A DNA stretch of 64,000 nucleotides from Candidatus Woesearchaeota archaeon (GTDB lineage: Archaea; Nanobdellota; Nanobdellia; Woesearchaeales; ARS49). The position numbers and the translations under genes were made by a program. Of the stretch, positions 60,392 through 64,000 are shown piece by piece; the first letter of the stretch is position 1; each line of letters starts with the position of its first letter. The notes below the pieces were generated by a model. That model saw nothing but the letters and a program-made list of their open reading frames with translations. It searched no databases and was not told the DNA's origin. The stretch spans positions 160,001 through 224,000 of the forward strand of contig JAWADY010000001.1 in the NCBI GenBank assembly GCA_038891615.1, in the 5' to 3' direction.

Positions 60392-60602
60392 AAGAGAGGA
60401 AATTGAGAGAAGCGCTGGTTTTAATTTTTTCTTAATTTATTTTCACTTTTTTCATTTTTGAACGATAAAAAGGTCAAAGCAAGGGTTTTTTACGGCTGAA
60501 AGCATCAACTTTTCACTGTTGGTGTAAAGGTTACGACTTTTTCTGAGAAATGCAAATTAAGACTGCTTTGATGCCCTCTTGAAAACAGGAGGGAAGCGCT
60601 AA

Positions 60603-61886
60603 ATGAAACCAACTGCCTTCTTTTTTGCATTATTTGCCATGATATTTCTCATTCAAATAGGCTCAGTTGGCTTCGCTAAAATAGAAATAAGGCAAGTGCT
60701 TTATGATCCTATTTCTTCTGAAAATGGTGGCGAGGCAGTTCAACTTCATAACCCAGAGGACGAAGATGTAGATATCAGCGGCTGGGCGCTCTCAACCGAA
60801 GCAAGCAAGTATGACGCAAGGTTGCCTGAAGGTTCTGTTATTCCAGCCGGAGGTTATTTTCTTATTGCAGATACTGGCTGGTCTAGCGCTAAAGATGACC
60901 CAAACTGGCCTGAGGCTGATTATGAAGAATCGATAAATTTGTACAACAGCAACTCCGGAGTTGCCCTTCTCAAGGCAGACGGCACGGTTGTAGATGCGGT
61001 TGGATGGGGCGAGCTAAGCCAGATAAAGGCAGGTCTTTGGACAGGACGACCTGCAAAAGAGGTTAGTGAAGGCAAGGTTCTGTTAAGGACAAAAAGCACA
61101 GAAGATAATGCTGTTGATTTTGTGGAAGCAGATGCGGACTTTGGAACAATTCCACAAAATATAACAAAGCTAGAGCTAAGTATGGATATTGAAGGAGGAA
61201 TTTTGATAGAAGAAATTGAAATTAGCCCAGATGAACTAGATAAACCAGGTGTTCAGATTTACCCTCTAGCAGGCGGAACCAAGAATCTGACAATAAAAGT
61301 TAAAGTTGCAGCCAGCCAAACAGAAATTGAAAGGCTGACCCTAACAGCGGCCCTTGCAAACAAGACTATAGCATTGCATATGATGGCCCAACAAAATGAA
61401 ACAATAGCTTTATACGAAGGCACAATTCCAATAGAATTCACAAAAAAGCCATCCAATTATAGCATCACAATAAATTCGTTTATAGACCTCATTCAAATTG
61501 GAGAAGCCACAACGAGTTTTGAATGGATGCCGCTTGCGTCTTTTAAAATAATCGGCGAAAACAAAAAGATTAAGATAAGCGCGGCGCCCGGTGAACTGAA
61601 GAACATGCCTAATGCACTTGAAATAATAAATAATGGAAATGTTCCTATAGACATAGCTGCTTCGAGTACAGGGTTTGTGATGCAAGGAACAAACCAAACA
61701 CAAAAAGTTGCCGCGACCAACATAAGAATAAACTCAAAAGGCCTTGCCAACACCCCAAGAACAATACCCCTTGCAATTGCACCTGGCGATGTCGCAAGGC
61801 TAAATCTCAGCATAAATATTCCGCAAAAGGCAAAAAAAGGGAGCTACATTGGAGAGATAAAGTTATGGACAATACCAACGAAATGA
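60603..61886 (+). CDS. secreted lamin-tail-domain protein
   Basis: Signal peptide; I.QVLYDP...E.VQL.NP...DISGW.L, YFLIAD, VDAVGWG. Confidence 0.8.
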   Translation: MKPTAFFFALFAMIFLIQIGSVGFAKIEIRQVLYDPISSENGGEAVQLHNPEDEDVDISGWALSTEASKYDARLPEGSVIPAGGYFLIADTGWSSAKDDPNWPEADYEESINLYNSNSGVALLKADGTVVDAVGWGELSQIKAGLWTGRPAKEVSEGKVLLRTKSTEDNAVDFVEADADFGTIPQNITKLELSMDIEGGILIEEIEISPDELDKPGVQIYPLAGGTKNLTIKVKVAASQTEIERLTLTAALANKTIALHMMAQQNETIALYEGTIPIEFTKKPSNYSITINSFIDLIQIGEATTSFEWMPLASFKIIGENKKIKISAAPGELKNMPNALEIINNGNVPIDIAASSTGFVMQGTNQTQKVAATNIRINSKGLANTPRTIPLAIAPGDVARLNLSINIPQKAKKGSYIGEIKLWTIPTK

Positions 61887-61898
61887 GTCGTGAGAAGC

Positions 61899-62027
61899 CT
61901 ATTTTCCTTTGTTTCTAAATTTCATGTAGCAGCTGTTCTTTATCCAGCAATTCTTACACTCTTCAAGCTGCTCATGCTTCTTCCCAAAACAAGCATCATC
62001 AGAATATTTTAGGAACTTTACAGCCAT
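61899..62027 (-). CDS. 42-aa four-Cys micro-protein (not in ORF track)
   Basis: MAVKFLKYSDDACFGKKHEQLEECKNCWIKNSCYMKFRNKGK; TTTAAATA box ~25 nt upstream. Confidence 0.65.
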   Translation of the reverse strand: MAVKFLKYSDDACFGKKHEQLEECKNCWIKNSCYMKFRNKGK

Positions 62028-62229
62028 TTGATGCAAGATGTTAGGGCAGTATTTAAAGATTGCTGCGCTAAAAGGCAACGAGTCACAAAAACTGATAACC
62101 AGAACCTTAATGCGACCTTGTGAAAACCAAACATTTATAAAGCCAAAAAAATAGGTTAGAATGCGTGAAAGCTCTACTTCTAGTAGAACTTACGCATAAC
62201 TAAAACTAACAAAGGTGTAAAACAAGAAA

Positions 62230-62382
62230 ATGGCATATGGATTCGGGGGAAGTTTTGGCCCTAGACAAATGCACAAGGCTACTTGCTCCGAGTGTGGTAA
62301 GGACTGTGAAGTTCCTTTTAAGCCACGCGAGGATAGACCGGTCTATTGTAGGGACTGCTTCCAGAAGCACAGGAAGTTCTGA
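62230..62382 (+). CDS. CxxC-x17-CxxC zinc-ribbon protein (not in ORF track)
   Basis: MHKATCSECGKDCEVPFKPREDRPVYCRDCF. Confidence 0.92.
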   Translation: MAYGFGGSFGPRQMHKATCSECGKDCEVPFKPREDRPVYCRDCFQKHRKF

Positions 62383-62496
62383 AAAGAGCAAAGGTTCAAA
62401 ACGCAGAAATTTTCACAATAAAGATTTTAGGCTGTTTTTAGCCATGCTTGGTGACGCATCTGATTTAGTCATAGAACTTTTTAGCAAGCGAATTGT

Positions 62497-63315
62497 TTAG
62501 CGATAGGATGGGCGGATTTTTTCAACAATTCCACGCATAGTTGCAATAAAATCTTCTGCGTCTTTTAGATAGCGTGCGTAGTCATTGCCACTTATTTCTT
62601 TTAACTCACGATGGGTTATCTGCTTCTGGAGCTTATAGAAATTTGCCATAATTTCTGCGTAACGCTTTGAAACAATCCCCTTCTTTACAAGCTTCTCATA
62701 AATCATCTCAGCAACATGCGCAGGGCTTGGTGGAATCTCTCCAAGATGCATGAGTGCCGCATGCGCAGAGTCAATAACAGCCCAATAAAGGTCTAGGGTC
62801 GCTTGAAGGATATGCCATTTTGAATTGCTTATGGTATAGGGTGCGCGCACAAGGTAATTCCAAACAGATTCCTTTGAAGGCCTTATTCTTCCCTGCCTTA
62901 AAAGCAACTGGAGTGGGTCAAAAAAGCCAGAGTCTATCAACGCCACGCCATCGCGAAGTATGTTTATGATGACAGGGTCGCCTGCCCGAACATATTCCCA
63001 AAATGTTGTAAGTTTTAGAGACATCACATGAAGCTTAGGACTTGTCTCTCCAATTGCCTTTTCAACGATTATCCTGTAGGTTTGCACAAGCTCAGGAGAA
63101 AGCACAATTGAAACATCGTCAACAACAATGAGAATGTCTATGTCGTGTTCCTTGCCTGTTCTACGTGCCGCCTCTCCAAAAAGGATAATAGCCTTTATGA
63201 AATTTCCGAACTCTGCATATACCTTTTTGGCAAACTTTCGTGCAAGCTCAAGGTTTTCGGTTGGATATGTTCCAACGGTCGGAGGAAGTCTGTGTGTTAT
63301 CTCAAATCTTGCCAT
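62497..63315 (-). CDS. fused nucleotidyltransferase-HEPN protein
   Basis: ILFGEAAR...DIDILIVVDD; HEPN-like LYWAVIDSAHAALM..G..PPSP...KQITH. Confidence 0.8.
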   Translation of the reverse strand: MARFEITHRLPPTVGTYPTENLELARKFAKKVYAEFGNFIKAIILFGEAARRTGKEHDIDILIVVDDVSIVLSPELVQTYRIIVEKAIGETSPKLHVMSLKLTTFWEYVRAGDPVIINILRDGVALIDSGFFDPLQLLLRQGRIRPSKESVWNYLVRAPYTISNSKWHILQATLDLYWAVIDSAHAALMHLGEIPPSPAHVAEMIYEKLVKKGIVSKRYAEIMANFYKLQKQITHRELKEISGNDYARYLKDAEDFIATMRGIVEKIRPSYR

Positions 63316-63375
63316 CTTCCCTCTTTTTAAAAGTTAGCTCTTTGATGAGATTTAAAAATTTATTGCTTTTTCTGA

Positions 63376-63999
63376 CTATTCAAACGGAATTCCAAAGTAT
63401 GACATTTGCCATTCCCTCTGCACTGGAAGAAACTCACCCGTAGCAAAATATGGTGGTTGTGTTCTGCCAAAATAGCTGTGCTCTATGTCTGCCCAATTAC
63501 CAATGCCATAGACCTGGCCACCAAAGCTCCGTAGCGCAGCATGCCAAGCCCTTATGTCGTGATGAGCAGGCTCAACAATTGGCTTTATCTCAACCTTTGC
63601 CTTTTTCATTTCCTCGAGAAATTCTTTTATTGGAGCCTTGCCGCTGCCAGGAGGCAAATGCTCATCATAATAGCCAAAGTTATCACTCATCTGGACATGA
63701 CCTATTATTCCTTTTTTGAAAAGCTCTCTGACAGAGTCTATTAACCATTTGTTGAAGCGTTTATCGGCTTGTTCAAATGTTTCTCCTGGTTTTGGTTCGA
63801 AAAACTTTCTCCAAGTATATGCATGACCAATGTCAAAGGTTGCTCCTATATGCTTCTCAGCTATTTTCAGCGCTTCGCTTTTTGAAATACCTCTCTCTTT
63901 TGCAAGTAACTGGGCCATCTTTTCTCTTGACTTCTGAATCAGCTCGGCGAGCTCGCTTGGATGGCTGCCATAATATTCTGGGAGCCATGGTTCAGGTGA
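63376..63999 (-). CDS. xylose isomerase-like TIM-barrel protein (5' partial)
   Basis: ATFDIGH, GHVQMSDNFGYYDEHLPPG.G; frame stays open to the window edge. Confidence 0.8.
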   Translation of the reverse strand, partial: SPEPWLPEYYGSHPSELAELIQKSREKMAQLLAKERGISKSEALKIAEKHIGATFDIGHAYTWRKFFEPKPGETFEQADKRFNKWLIDSVRELFKKGIIGHVQMSDNFGYYDEHLPPGSGKAPIKEFLEEMKKAKVEIKPIVEPAHHDIRAWHAALRSFGGQVYGIGNWADIEHSYFGRTQPPYFATGEFLPVQREWQMSYFGIPFE

Positions 64000-64000
64000 G

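Noticed and set aside
62237-62500. 87-aa plus-strand ORF
   Set aside because: Alternative frame of the clear CxxC-x17-CxxC gene at 62230-62382.

Overview
Archaeal chromosome segment, most consistent with a DPANN/Woesearchaeota-type genome: TFB, aCPSF1, proteasome beta, split rpoB''/rpoB' and rpoA'/rpoA'', AMP phosphorylase, many leaderless genes and many lineage-specific hypotheticals. The core content is the rpoH-B''-B'-A'-A''-L30e-nusA-S12-S7 operon, proS, map, mtaB, nth, EndoQ, a Rad50-like ATPase, S-layer-like genes and 7 tRNA genes, 5 of which carry 37/38 introns. Main accessory or unusual elements: (1) an AT-rich type I R-M island carrying an uncharacterised ~530-aa protein with a C-terminal Schlafen/AlbA-like domain, plus an HTH-MNT/HEPN pair whose promoter is flanked by four 18-bp palindromes, with gene relics at both island edges; (2) a wHTH regulator coupled to a thymidylate-synthase-fold protein lacking the catalytic Cys; (3) a cytoplasmic subtilase followed by membrane and coiled-coil genes; (4) a Cys/His-rich putative metal/redox gene cluster; (5) an AADFDGD (not NADFDGD) active-site motif in RpoA'. 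No CRISPR array, rRNA, integrase or transposase was seen. All family assignments come from motif recognition by eye, not from database searches.
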